64,000 bases of DNA from an uncultured bacterium. GTDB lineage: Bacteria; Patescibacteriota; Dojkabacteria; SC72. The stretch covers positions 45,809-109,808 of the forward strand of contig CAIVJR010000007.1 of assembly GCA_903906305.1 (NCBI GenBank). Reading direction: 5' to 3'. Made by a program: the position numbers and the translations under genes. Positions within the stretch are counted from its first letter, which is position 1. Each line of letters starts with the position of its first letter. This document shows positions 28,077 through 37,152 of this stretch, piece after piece. The notes beneath the pieces were generated by a model, which made no database searches, had not been told where the DNA came from, and was given only the letters and a program-made list of their open reading frames with translations.

Positions 28077-28658
28077 ATGATAACTAGAGAAAGATGTATG
28101 CAGTTAATAGACAAATATGTAACTACTCCATGGCTTAAACTTCATATGAAGGAAAGCGATATCATTATGCAAGCTGTAGCTAATAGGCTTGGTGAGCATG
28201 AGGAGAAATGGGGATTGGCTGGCTTACTTCATGATTTAGATTTTGACTATGTTGGTAAGGATCCCGCAAGGCATGTGGTTGAGTTTGATGATATTTTGAA
28301 GATGGAGAATCTTGAGGTTGGTAAGGATATAGACAAGGATGTATATCATGCGATCAAGGCTCATTACGAAGAGAACCCCGGGGTTCCTGAAAACCGAGAG
28401 AACAACTTGGACTATGCGTTATCTGCTTCTGAGAACTTATCTGGTTTTTTAGTGGCTTGTGCTTTGGTTATGCCAGATAAAAAGATTGCGAGTGTTACTT
28501 CTGATACGGTTTTAAGAAAGTTAAAAAAGAAAGAATTTGCTAAGGGTGTTAGAAGAGATTTGATACAAGATATTGAAAAAACGGGTATATCCTTAGAAGA
28601 ATTTATTGATATATCTTTAGATGCTATGAAGGCTAGGGCTAGTGAACTAGGGCTTTAA
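28077..28658 (+). CDS. HD-domain phosphohydrolase
   Basis: The LLHDLD motif is present with His/Asp spacing typical of HD metal ligands. Confidence 0.65.
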   Translation: MITRERCMQLIDKYVTTPWLKLHMKESDIIMQAVANRLGEHEEKWGLAGLLHDLDFDYVGKDPARHVVEFDDILKMENLEVGKDIDKDVYHAIKAHYEENPGVPENRENNLDYALSASENLSGFLVACALVMPDKKIASVTSDTVLRKLKKKEFAKGVRRDLIQDIEKTGISLEEFIDISLDAMKARASELGL

Positions 28659-28681
28659 GGGTGTAAAATATATACCATTAA

Positions 28682-28755
28682 CGGGGCGTAGTTCAGATGG
28701 CTAGAGCGCTTGCATGGGGTGCAAGAGGTCGCACGTTCAAGTCGTGTCGCCCCGA
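28682..28755 (+). tRNA. tRNA-Pro (anticodon GGG), CCA not encoded
   Basis: The acceptor stem is CGGGGCG/CGCCCCG. The anticodon stem CUUGC/GCAAG encloses loop AUGGGGU, giving GGG. The T-arm is GCACG-UUCAAGU-CGUGU. Confidence 0.8.
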
Positions 28756-28778
28756 TATTTATTTAACCAAAAATAACA

Positions 28779-29123
28779 ATGAAATTTACTCCAGATTCAG
28801 ATTGTATGATAGTGGTATATGTCCCTTGCGAGAGTTTAGAACAAGCTGAGCACATAGGGGAACAGATTATGAAAAAGAAGTTATGTGCATGTGTGAATAT
28901 ATACAAAGATATGCAACCAATGTTCTTCTGGCCTCCTAAAACAGGAAATATAGAGAAGGGTAAAGAAGTTGTATTGCTATTGAAGAGTGTTAAATCAAAA
29001 TATGACGATATGGAAAAAGAAATAACGAAGATACATAGCTATGATGTTCCTTGTATATTTGCCATTCCAGTAATGGCAGTAGCAGATGGTTACTGGGAGT
29101 GGCTAAATGGAGAGATGGAATAA
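28779..29123 (+). CDS. cutA: divalent-cation tolerance protein CutA
   Basis: It is 114 aa. SYDVPCIFAIPV and YWEWL match the CutA1 fold signatures. Confidence 0.75.
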   Translation: MKFTPDSDCMIVVYVPCESLEQAEHIGEQIMKKKLCACVNIYKDMQPMFFWPPKTGNIEKGKEVVLLLKSVKSKYDDMEKEITKIHSYDVPCIFAIPVMAVADGYWEWLNGEME

Positions 29124-29176
29124 TTCTTTTTGTTAATTTAAATTTCTGTTAGAATTAAACAAGGAGGATAAAATAT

Positions 29177-29368
29177 ATGAGTAAACAAATAAATCAAACA
29201 AAATCGGGAAAAATTCGTGAGAAAAGAAGTGATACTTTGGTAAGAACAATTGAAAGAAAATACAACGTTGATCTTCAAGCAAGATCAGACATGAAGCTGG
29301 GGAATCTTTTAAAGGAAAAGGGCCTTCCCTCCTTGTCTAAGCTTATAAAAGAAACAAGAAAAGATTAA
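29177..29368 (+). CDS. small basic protein (63 aa), unknown function
   Basis: A strong ribosome-binding site (AAGGAGGA) lies 8 nt upstream. Its stop codon overlaps the start of the next gene as TAATG. Confidence 0.45.
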   Translation: MSKQINQTKSGKIREKRSDTLVRTIERKYNVDLQARSDMKLGNLLKEKGLPSLSKLIKETRKD

Positions 29369-29886
29369 TGGATAGCGAAATCTTTGGTTTTGTCGAAGAT
29401 ACATCTTTAAAGAATCGAATGATTGCAACACTTGAGCATGTGATTTTTTTAACGACTTTGTTAAAAAGTAAGCAAAGGAAAAAAGCGCAGTCTTATATTT
29501 ATAAAGATTGTATAGTCTACATAGCTTCCTTAATTGAGTGTGTATTAAGATACAAGATTCTTAAAGGTTTTCCAGACGAAAAATTTCCTATTAAGGATAA
29601 AGATTTTAGGGACGTAAAAGAGATACATAGACTATCCCCGGAAGAAAGAATTGTCTGGGGAATAGAAAAAAACAAAGAAATTAAAATCACAGGTGGCACA
29701 GATTTTTGTAAATTAAACGAAATAGCGAAAGATAAACTTATAATTGATTCTTCTACATTTGAAAGTTGTGAGGAAATAAGGAAATGGCGTAATACCATCC
29801 ATATTGTTGATACGGAAGAAAAAGAAATTTTCAATGAAAAAGATTTGGAAAAAGCATCTAGTACTTTGCTAAATCTTTGTAGTTAG
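29368..29886 (+). CDS. hypothetical protein with C-terminal Rx4-6H (HEPN-like) motif
   Basis: The protein is helical. The C-terminus carries EEIRKWRNTIHIV (R-x6-H, with an RN dipeptide). Confidence 0.4.
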   Translation: MDSEIFGFVEDTSLKNRMIATLEHVIFLTTLLKSKQRKKAQSYIYKDCIVYIASLIECVLRYKILKGFPDEKFPIKDKDFRDVKEIHRLSPEERIVWGIEKNKEIKITGGTDFCKLNEIAKDKLIIDSSTFESCEEIRKWRNTIHIVDTEEKEIFNEKDLEKASSTLLNLCS

Positions 29887-29909
29887 TAATTTTATTTTTA
29901 TATATTAAA

Positions 29910-30686
29910 ATGGAAAAAAACAAAAAACGGTTACTCATAATCATAGGAATAATCCTCTCCCTCTGTATACTCATCCTTCCCATAATCCTCCTTGTAAGGG
30001 GAACATTCACTATCGTTAAAAACGTATCTTCAGGAAGTAGCAAAACCATAACCAATACAGAAGAAATAGAAAAGAAAGTAGAAGTATCTCAAAATATAGC
30101 CTGGATATCTGGTTTCAGTACAGAAGAAGTAAAAGATACAAAAGAATTAGCCCATGTAAAAATATGGGTAAATGCAAACCTCTTCCATATGGATGCAATA
30201 ACCAGTTACACAATAAAAAATATTAAGGTAGAAGGATACAAGAAAGGAAAAGTAGCAATTGTTAAACCAGGACATATCAGCAATACCCTCACTATGTACG
30301 ACTATGTATGGGGACCATATGATGGCGAAATGAAATCAGCAGAAATCAAAGACAGTGGAAAAACCTTAACCTTTGATGTAGTAGATGTAGCCCACTACTA
30401 TGACGAAGTCTCCAAAGTAGGAACCTCAATGCCAACATGGGGTATCTTCCTAAAGGAATTAGGTGAATACAATTACAGAAAAATAATGGACAATTCAGGA
30501 CTGTTTGATAGTGAGAAGATATTGGAATATGCAGATGTGCAACCCAATGATCTCAATATATCTTTCTCTTTTGATGTAGAGATGGTATTTGAAGATGGAA
30601 CTAAATGGGTAAAAAGATTCTCTGCAGAATTAGATGGTGCAAAGATAGTAGAAAACAACAGCTATATGGTCGATCTTAGTTACTAG
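29910..30686 (+). CDS. membrane-anchored hypothetical protein
   Basis: An N-terminal TM helix is followed by a roughly 220-aa soluble domain. It lies immediately upstream of RuBisCO. Confidence 0.5.
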   Translation: MEKNKKRLLIIIGIILSLCILILPIILLVRGTFTIVKNVSSGSSKTITNTEEIEKKVEVSQNIAWISGFSTEEVKDTKELAHVKIWVNANLFHMDAITSYTIKNIKVEGYKKGKVAIVKPGHISNTLTMYDYVWGPYDGEMKSAEIKDSGKTLTFDVVDVAHYYDEVSKVGTSMPTWGIFLKELGEYNYRKIMDNSGLFDSEKILEYADVQPNDLNISFSFDVEMVFEDGTKWVKRFSAELDGAKIVENNSYMVDLSY

Positions 30687-30743
30687 GTTAACAAATGCAT
30701 GGGAATATCGTATAGTTAATAACTAAACTGTACCCTGCCCAAA

Positions 30744-32150
30744 ATGCAAAAAGAATATATTCAGATAGGGAATCCTAATGTCTTTAATGGCCAATATATG
30801 TTGGCTGTATTTAGATTACAAGGAGAGGAAGGAATGACACTTGTAGATACAGCAAGTGAAGTCGCAGCTGAATCATCTACTGGATCATTTGTTAAGATAG
30901 GAACAGCAACTGCTTTTTCAGAAAGCTTAGATGCTTTGGTATATCGAATAGATGAGAAAAATAACCTCGTATGGATAGCATACCCATGGAGAATATTTGA
31001 TAGGGGTGGAAATGTTCAAAACATCATGACCTTCATTGCCGGAAATGTCTTTGGTATGGCAAGTGTAAAGGTGTGTAAAATCCTAGATGTATATTTCCCG
31101 CCACAAATGTTAGTACAGTACGATGGACCAGAATATACCATTGATGATATGAGAAAATATTTAAATATTCAGGAAAGACCAATATTTGGAAGTATCATTA
31201 AACCAAAGATTGGGTTAACCTCTTCGGAATATGCAGAACTCTGCTATGACTTCTGGTCAGGAGGTGGTGATTTTGTTAAAAATGACGAGCCACAAGCAGA
31301 CCAAGACTTTTGCCCATACGACAAGATGGTACAGGATGTAAGACATGCAATGGACAGAGTAGAACAGGAAACAGGTAAAACTAAAGTCCATTCCTTCAAT
31401 ATATCTTCCTCGGATTACGATACCATGATTAAGAAGGCCGACTATATCCAATCTATGATGAAACCAGGAAGCTATGCATTCTTAGTAGATGGTATAACCG
31501 CAGGGTGGATGGCAATACAAACCATTAGAAGAAAATATCCGAATGTATTCCTACACTTCCATAGAGCAGGACATGGAGCATTTACAAGAGATGAAAATCC
31601 AATAGGGTATACAGTTCCCGTATTAACTAAATTTGCTAGACTAGCAGGTGCTTCAGGTATTCATACTGGCACAGCAGGTATCGGAAAGATGGCTGGATCT
31701 CCAAAAGAGGATGTCATGGCTGCAAATCATTCATTAAGATTGTATTCAGAGGGTGATTACTTTAAGCAGATTTGGTCTGAGATTCCAGAGAAGGATGCTG
31801 ATTTACAATTAGCTATACAGAAAGAAGCTCAAGGTGAAGATTACAGCAACCTTGGATATTGGAGAATAACTAAGAAGATGTGCCCAATTATTTCTGGCGG
31901 TCTAAATCCATTACTTGTTGGAGAATTCATAGATACAGTAGGAACTCAAGATTTCATAACTACAATGGGAGCTGGTGTACACTCACATCCAATGGGAACA
32001 AAAGCTGGCGCAACTGCTGTACTACAAGCATATGAGGCATGGAAGCAGAAAATATCTTTGGAAGAATATGCTAAGGACAAGGAAGAACTAAGAGTGGCTA
32101 TAGATTTCTATACCAAGCACGAGGTTCCACATCCTGATAAACAGGTTTAA
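30744..32150 (+). CDS. rbcL: ribulose-1,5-bisphosphate carboxylase/oxygenase large subunit, form II/III
   Basis: It has the activation and active-site motifs GGGDFVKNDE, HFHRAGHG, GGLNP and MGAGVHSHP. At 468 aa it lacks a form I N-terminal extension, and no small-subunit gene is present. Confidence 0.9.
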   Translation: MQKEYIQIGNPNVFNGQYMLAVFRLQGEEGMTLVDTASEVAAESSTGSFVKIGTATAFSESLDALVYRIDEKNNLVWIAYPWRIFDRGGNVQNIMTFIAGNVFGMASVKVCKILDVYFPPQMLVQYDGPEYTIDDMRKYLNIQERPIFGSIIKPKIGLTSSEYAELCYDFWSGGGDFVKNDEPQADQDFCPYDKMVQDVRHAMDRVEQETGKTKVHSFNISSSDYDTMIKKADYIQSMMKPGSYAFLVDGITAGWMAIQTIRRKYPNVFLHFHRAGHGAFTRDENPIGYTVPVLTKFARLAGASGIHTGTAGIGKMAGSPKEDVMAANHSLRLYSEGDYFKQIWSEIPEKDADLQLAIQKEAQGEDYSNLGYWRITKKMCPIISGGLNPLLVGEFIDTVGTQDFITTMGAGVHSHPMGTKAGATAVLQAYEAWKQKISLEEYAKDKEELRVAIDFYTKHEVPHPDKQV

Positions 32151-33163
32151 TCAAAAAGTCCTGTAATGGATTTTCTTTGATTTACTCGGCTAATGGCTTC
32201 TGCGAAGTAACTGGCAATTGAGACCTCTTTAAACCATTTTGCAGATTTCATAAATTCTTTGGAATGATATGTACTATCTGTTCCAATCACTAAATCTAAA
32301 TATCCTTTGTCATATGCTTCTTGGAATCTTTCAAAAGCAGGTCCATTGAAAAGCGCGTGTGTACAAACAGCTATAACCTTTTTTGCTCCCATATTCTTTG
32401 TCTCTTCTAATGCTTTTACTAATGTTCCACCAGTACAGATCATATCATCAACAATATATACATCCTTTCCACTTACATCTCCTAGGATAGACATTTTGTC
32501 TACAGTATTTGCTTTGCAATAGTTTCGAGCTTTGTATGTAAATGCAATATCAGTTTTCAAGGTTTGGGCATAGTGATTAGCACGTTTTGCACCTCCTAAA
32601 TCGGTAGGCATGATGACGGTATTTTCTTTGTCTTCAATCATCTTCTTTAATACTGGAATCAATACATATCCTCCCATGAGATTATCTATCTTTGCCCGTC
32701 TAAAGAATCCTTGGATTGCCGAGTTGTGTAAATCTACAGTTACCACATGGTCTACACTTCCATCACCTTCTAGCTCGTATGCTATTCTAGCTGCAGTAAT
32801 CCCCTCTCTTCCTGATTGCTTATCCTGTCTTGCATATGGATATGATGGTAATACCGTGGTTATTCTCTCGGCATCACATCTTCTACACGCATCTACCATG
32901 GTATACAATGCTCTGAGATTTTCATCGGTACTTTTTCCTTCTGAATGGTTCTCACAATCTTGGATAATGAAGACGTCCTTGCCTCTAATACTTTCATTAA
33001 TTATCGTTTTTACTTCTGTACTGGCAAAATGCATCTCTTCTGAATCAATGAGATGTACCTCTTCACCATGCTTTTTCTTTAATTCCTTTTCTATTCTCTT
33101 CGCAAAACTTAATCCAGATGCACAGGCCAATATCGAGAGTGGAGCTTTGGGTGTAGGAGTCAT
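32147..33163 (-). CDS. prs: ribose-phosphate pyrophosphokinase (PRPP synthetase)
   Basis: KDVFIIQDC, PYARQDK, DLHNSAIQGFF and YIVDDMICTGGT are present. The 3' end is convergent with rbcL and overlaps it by 4 nt. Confidence 0.85.
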   Translation of the reverse strand: MTPTPKAPLSILACASGLSFAKRIEKELKKKHGEEVHLIDSEEMHFASTEVKTIINESIRGKDVFIIQDCENHSEGKSTDENLRALYTMVDACRRCDAERITTVLPSYPYARQDKQSGREGITAARIAYELEGDGSVDHVVTVDLHNSAIQGFFRRAKIDNLMGGYVLIPVLKKMIEDKENTVIMPTDLGGAKRANHYAQTLKTDIAFTYKARNYCKANTVDKMSILGDVSGKDVYIVDDMICTGGTLVKALEETKNMGAKKVIAVCTHALFNGPAFERFQEAYDKGYLDLVIGTDSTYHSKEFMKSAKWFKEVSIASYFAEAISRVNQRKSITGLFD

Positions 33164-33239
33164 AGAAAGGGTTTTTAATTTATTTCTATTTACAGTGTAT
33201 ATCCTAAGTAATATTCTGTAAAATGAATTAATAATTTAT

Positions 33240-33824
33240 ATGGAAAATATTATGTCAAAGACTTTAGAGAACTTAACAAAGGCATTTATTGGGGAGAGTC
33301 AAGCTAGAAACAGATATACCTTTTACTCTAGTATTGCTAGGAAAGAAGGATATATTCAGATATCACAAATATTTGAAATGACTGCTACTCAAGAGAAGGA
33401 ACATGCTAATTGGTTAATGAAGATGATTCAAACATTAAAAGAGGATGTTAATGGCCTCAAAGTTGAAGCTGAAGCAAACTTTACATTGGGTACTACACAA
33501 GAGAATCTTAAAGCTGCTATTGAAGGTGAGATGTATGAGAACAAGGAGATGTATCCTGAGTTTGCTAAGGTTGCTAGAGAAGAGGGATTTGAGGATATTG
33601 CTAAGAGATTGGAATCTATTGCTATTGCTGAGGGTCATCATGCTGAGAGATATTCTAAGCTTCATACTGTATTAACAGATGGTACGATATTTAAAAAAGA
33701 TACCGAGGTTATATGGATTTGTTCTGAGTGTGGTTATGTATCTGTAGGGAAGGAACCTCCTGTAGAATGTCCATCATGTGGCCATGCACAGGGTTTTTAC
33801 TATCTGATGAATGAGGAATATTAG
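33240..33824 (+). CDS. rbr: rubrerythrin
   Basis: A ferritin-like diiron domain (ExxH pairs) is followed by a C-terminal rubredoxin-like CSECG...CPSCG. Confidence 0.85.
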   Translation: MENIMSKTLENLTKAFIGESQARNRYTFYSSIARKEGYIQISQIFEMTATQEKEHANWLMKMIQTLKEDVNGLKVEAEANFTLGTTQENLKAAIEGEMYENKEMYPEFAKVAREEGFEDIAKRLESIAIAEGHHAERYSKLHTVLTDGTIFKKDTEVIWICSECGYVSVGKEPPVECPSCGHAQGFYYLMNEEY

Positions 33825-33928
33825 TATATTTCTATCTGTATTATACTAGAAATAATTTTTGTATACAATATTGACTCAAAATAGGGTTGGATGGTAATAT
33901 TTGCCTTATAACATAAGCCTTTTTAAGT

Positions 33929-35740
33929 ATGAAGAAAGAAAAGGATATTACGTTCGGGGAGTATATAAAAATTTCAAAGTGGGTGCTAAGTATAGGTTTC
34001 AAAATATCACCAAGTAGTGAAATTATTAGATTAGTAGGGCAAATTTTTAATAATCTGGGATTTTTGTTCAATACATATATAATTTCAAAGATAATTGATG
34101 CTTTAGTAAAAGAATCTACATCTACAGATGCTACGATACAAAAACTCTTGCCATATCTCGGAATTTTGTTAGTTGTTAATACAATATTTGTAATAATTGC
34201 GGAATTAAGAGGTTACGCTGACAGAAAGATGAATCAATTATCTTCGCCCTTTTATGAAAAAATGAAGTATGACAAAGTTCGTGAATTAGGACTGCAAACC
34301 TTAGAATTTCCGGATATCGCAAATTTAAAACAAAAAGTCGAGGAATGGTTAGGATTAATTGGGAACATTGATAGCTCAATTGTGAATATTATATCTTTCC
34401 TAATCAGAATCATTGTTTCAGGGGTTGTACTTTATAGTACTGTGCCTATATTGATTCCGATTGTTCTTTTAGCTTCTATTCTTTTTTATTTTAATAAACG
34501 AAAATATTTTAAAATGGAGTTTGATTGGATCAGAAGAGAAGATCACATCTCTGGTAGACGTAAACATTACAAAATATCGTCTGATCTATCAAATGTTAAT
34601 ACAATAGGTGAAATTTCAATAACTGGAGCCCACGATTATCTTGATGCTAAATTTCAAAAGTTTTTTGATTATTATGCCTGGGGATTTCTTAGGATAATTA
34701 AAAAAGAGTATATTGCGGATTTTTTGTTGACCTTATTGAGCAATTTCGTAACGATTTTAGGATATATCCAAGTTTTTGTTATATATTTAGCCAAATCGAT
34801 TACTATTGGTAATGTGACTTTCTATTTAGGTACCATAGATGGGTTCTATTCTGGTATTGAAAGGTTCTTCAGAGAATTTGTCATATATCGAGATAACATG
34901 CTAAAAGTTAAGGACGTATATGCTTTTTTTCAGTTAGAACCAAAAGTTAAGGATGGAGAATATGTACTTCCAAGATTGATTAACCCACCATCGATTGATG
35001 TAAAGAATATTTCTTTTCATTATCCTAATAATAAAATAAAGATATTGAAAGACTTTTCGTTAACAATTAAAGCCGGAGAAAAAATAGCAATTGTCGGGGA
35101 AAATGGCGCGGGGAAATCTACATTGGTGAAATTGTTAGCGCGTGTTTACGATCCTCAAAGCGGAGAAGTTTTGATTAATGAAAGAAATATAAAGGAGATA
35201 AAATTGGATGATTGGTATAAAAACTTGGGAGTACTTTTCCAAGATTTTAACTTCTATGGAGAGCTTGATGCTCAGGAAAATATATATATTGGAAAATCTG
35301 TTAAACCAATGGATCGGGATAGAGTAAAAGAAGCCTCTGTTAATGCGGATGCTTATGATTTCATTCAAAAGTACCCAAAGAAGTTTGAAACTGTAATGAG
35401 TGAGAGGTTTGAAGGAGGAATACAACCAAGTAAAGGGCAACAACAGAAGATAGCTATAGCTAGATTCTTCTACAGAGATGCTCCTGTTGCCATATTTGAT
35501 GAACCTACCTCCGCTATAGATGCAGAATCGGAATACAAGATTTTTAATAAGATATATAAATTCTTTGATAACAAAACTGTTATCATCATTTCCCATAGGT
35601 TCTCTACTGTAAGAAATGCAGACAGAATAGTTGTACTTGACCAAGGAAGAATTGTTGAAGAGGGATCTCATGCAGAGCTTCTAGCTATGGATGGGAAGTA
35701 TGCTCAAGCATTTAAAAAACAAGCCGAAGGATATTTGTAA
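33929..35740 (+). CDS. ABC exporter, fused permease/ATPase (MsbA-like)
   Basis: A 6-TM N-terminal domain is followed by Walker A GENGAGKST, signature-like SKGQQQ and Walker B IFDEPTSAID. Confidence 0.8.
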   Translation: MKKEKDITFGEYIKISKWVLSIGFKISPSSEIIRLVGQIFNNLGFLFNTYIISKIIDALVKESTSTDATIQKLLPYLGILLVVNTIFVIIAELRGYADRKMNQLSSPFYEKMKYDKVRELGLQTLEFPDIANLKQKVEEWLGLIGNIDSSIVNIISFLIRIIVSGVVLYSTVPILIPIVLLASILFYFNKRKYFKMEFDWIRREDHISGRRKHYKISSDLSNVNTIGEISITGAHDYLDAKFQKFFDYYAWGFLRIIKKEYIADFLLTLLSNFVTILGYIQVFVIYLAKSITIGNVTFYLGTIDGFYSGIERFFREFVIYRDNMLKVKDVYAFFQLEPKVKDGEYVLPRLINPPSIDVKNISFHYPNNKIKILKDFSLTIKAGEKIAIVGENGAGKSTLVKLLARVYDPQSGEVLINERNIKEIKLDDWYKNLGVLFQDFNFYGELDAQENIYIGKSVKPMDRDRVKEASVNADAYDFIQKYPKKFETVMSERFEGGIQPSKGQQQKIAIARFFYRDAPVAIFDEPTSAIDAESEYKIFNKIYKFFDNKTVIIISHRFSTVRNADRIVVLDQGRIVEEGSHAELLAMDGKYAQAFKKQAEGYL

Positions 35741-35799
35741 TTGACCTATCGTTAGTTATCTGTGACAATATACCTATCTAATCTTTAAATATACCTGTA

Positions 35800-36006
35800 A
35801 TGAAAGTATCTATAGACAAGACTAAATGTGCAGTATGTGGATCATGTGTAGCTATATGTCCTGAAGTATTTGAAATGAGAGATGATGGGGTCGTTGATGT
35901 TAAACCTGAGTATCAGGGAGTAGATATTACAGATCCTCAGATACAAGAAAAGGTTAGACAAGCATTTGATGCATGTCCTGCTATGGCAATAGTTATAGAG
36001 GAATAA
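35800..36006 (+). CDS. ferredoxin (single 4Fe-4S type)
   Basis: The protein is 68 aa and has CAVCGSCVAICP plus a distal C (DACP). Confidence 0.7.
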   Translation: MKVSIDKTKCAVCGSCVAICPEVFEMRDDGVVDVKPEYQGVDITDPQIQEKVRQAFDACPAMAIVIEE

Positions 36007-36012
36007 AGAGGG

Positions 36013-36423
36013 ATGGATGATTGTATCTTCTGTAAAATTATAAAAGGAGAGATTCCTTGTTACAAACTCTACGAGAATGATTCTGTTATTGCTTGGTTAG
36101 ATATTCAACCTTTAAGTAAAGGTCATCTCTTAGTTGTTCCTAAAGCACATTACCAAGATATTCATGAGGCATCAGAAGAAACCTTATGCGAGGTTATGAA
36201 GGTAGCTAGAATAATGGCGAACAAGGTTAAAACCGAATTACATCCAGAAGCAATATTGATTAATCAGAATAACGGTGAGAAGGCAGGTCAAACTATTATG
36301 CATTACCATATGCATATCAAACCAATATATGAGGATACCCATTGTAACACTGAAGAAGGACATAGAACGGGTTTTCCAGACGAAGAGATGAAGAAGATAG
36401 AGGAGATCCTAAAAGTAAACTAA
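36013..36423 (+). CDS. HIT-family (histidine triad) nucleotide hydrolase
   Basis: The HYHMHI triad, the N-terminal CIFCKI and GHLLVVPK are present. Confidence 0.8.
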   Translation: MDDCIFCKIIKGEIPCYKLYENDSVIAWLDIQPLSKGHLLVVPKAHYQDIHEASEETLCEVMKVARIMANKVKTELHPEAILINQNNGEKAGQTIMHYHMHIKPIYEDTHCNTEEGHRTGFPDEEMKKIEEILKVN

Positions 36424-36797
36424 ACAGATTGATATAGTTTTTGTAACTTCTTATCAAATGTTACTAACTCAGACTTATTCTCTTTTGCTAAGAAAAGTAT
36501 TACAGAATCAATAGCTGTAAATGAATGGGATAAATTTTTAGTAAATTCGATATACCTTTTTAAGTTTGATTCATTTAGACTTGGTGTCTCATCTGCCATT
36601 TTTAGACTTGTCTTAACACTAAAATCACGAAATTCTTTATTCCTTGAAAAGCTCGTAAGCTCTGCAAATACTACTGTGGGAACAGTAATTATAGCGGATC
36701 CAAATTCAGTTGCTATTTCGTTTGCTGCGAAATAATTAGAATCTTTATTGTTTAAGAAAGCACTTAGGAAACTTGTATCAAGCAGATATGTCTTCAT
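36420..36797 (-). CDS. PIN-domain toxin (VapC-like)
   Basis: It has the N-terminal YLLDTSFL acidic motif and is 125 aa long. It overlaps the upstream partner by 4 nt. Confidence 0.65.
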   Translation of the reverse strand: MKTYLLDTSFLSAFLNNKDSNYFAANEIATEFGSAIITVPTVVFAELTSFSRNKEFRDFSVKTSLKMADETPSLNESNLKRYIEFTKNLSHSFTAIDSVILFLAKENKSELVTFDKKLQKLYQSV

Positions 36798-37075
36798 ATC
36801 TGTTCTCTCTGTCGCCTTATGAACCCAACACTATCTCTGTATGTTGGGGCAGACATAGAGTATTTCCCAAATCTTTCTATAAAGGAGGGGCGCTTCTGTA
36901 TTGATTTTGTAACTTGTTTCTTTTTTACTGTGTAATCCTTTAAACTAGTCAAAACCGCAATAGGTTCTTTATTTTTTTTGTATCCTAGATATACAATTCC
37001 TCCATCTTTAACAAAAGACAAGGCTTCAGAAGGTTTTTCGTAAAATTCAGTTGTATTGTAAGTTCGTTTTTTCAT
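36794..37075 (-). CDS. Phd/YefM-like antitoxin
   Basis: The 93-aa protein has N-terminal TTEFYEKPSEAL...EPIAVLTSLKDY (YefM fold pattern). It lies upstream of the PIN gene and overlaps it. Confidence 0.5.
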   Translation of the reverse strand: MKKRTYNTTEFYEKPSEALSFVKDGGIVYLGYKKNKEPIAVLTSLKDYTVKKKQVTKSIQKRPSFIERFGKYSMSAPTYRDSVGFIRRQREQI

Positions 37076-37152
37076 ACTAACAGTATTTTAGTAGTTTGTT
37101 TGTAGCAAATCAATGCGAATAGTGAGTAGAATAATGAATTTGTAATGAAAAA

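Noticed and set aside
32610-33221. 203-aa plus-strand ORF
   Set aside because: It is antisense to prs, a low-complexity shadow ORF.
35135-35671. 178-aa minus-strand ORF
   Set aside because: It is antisense to the ABC exporter nucleotide-binding domain, a shadow ORF.
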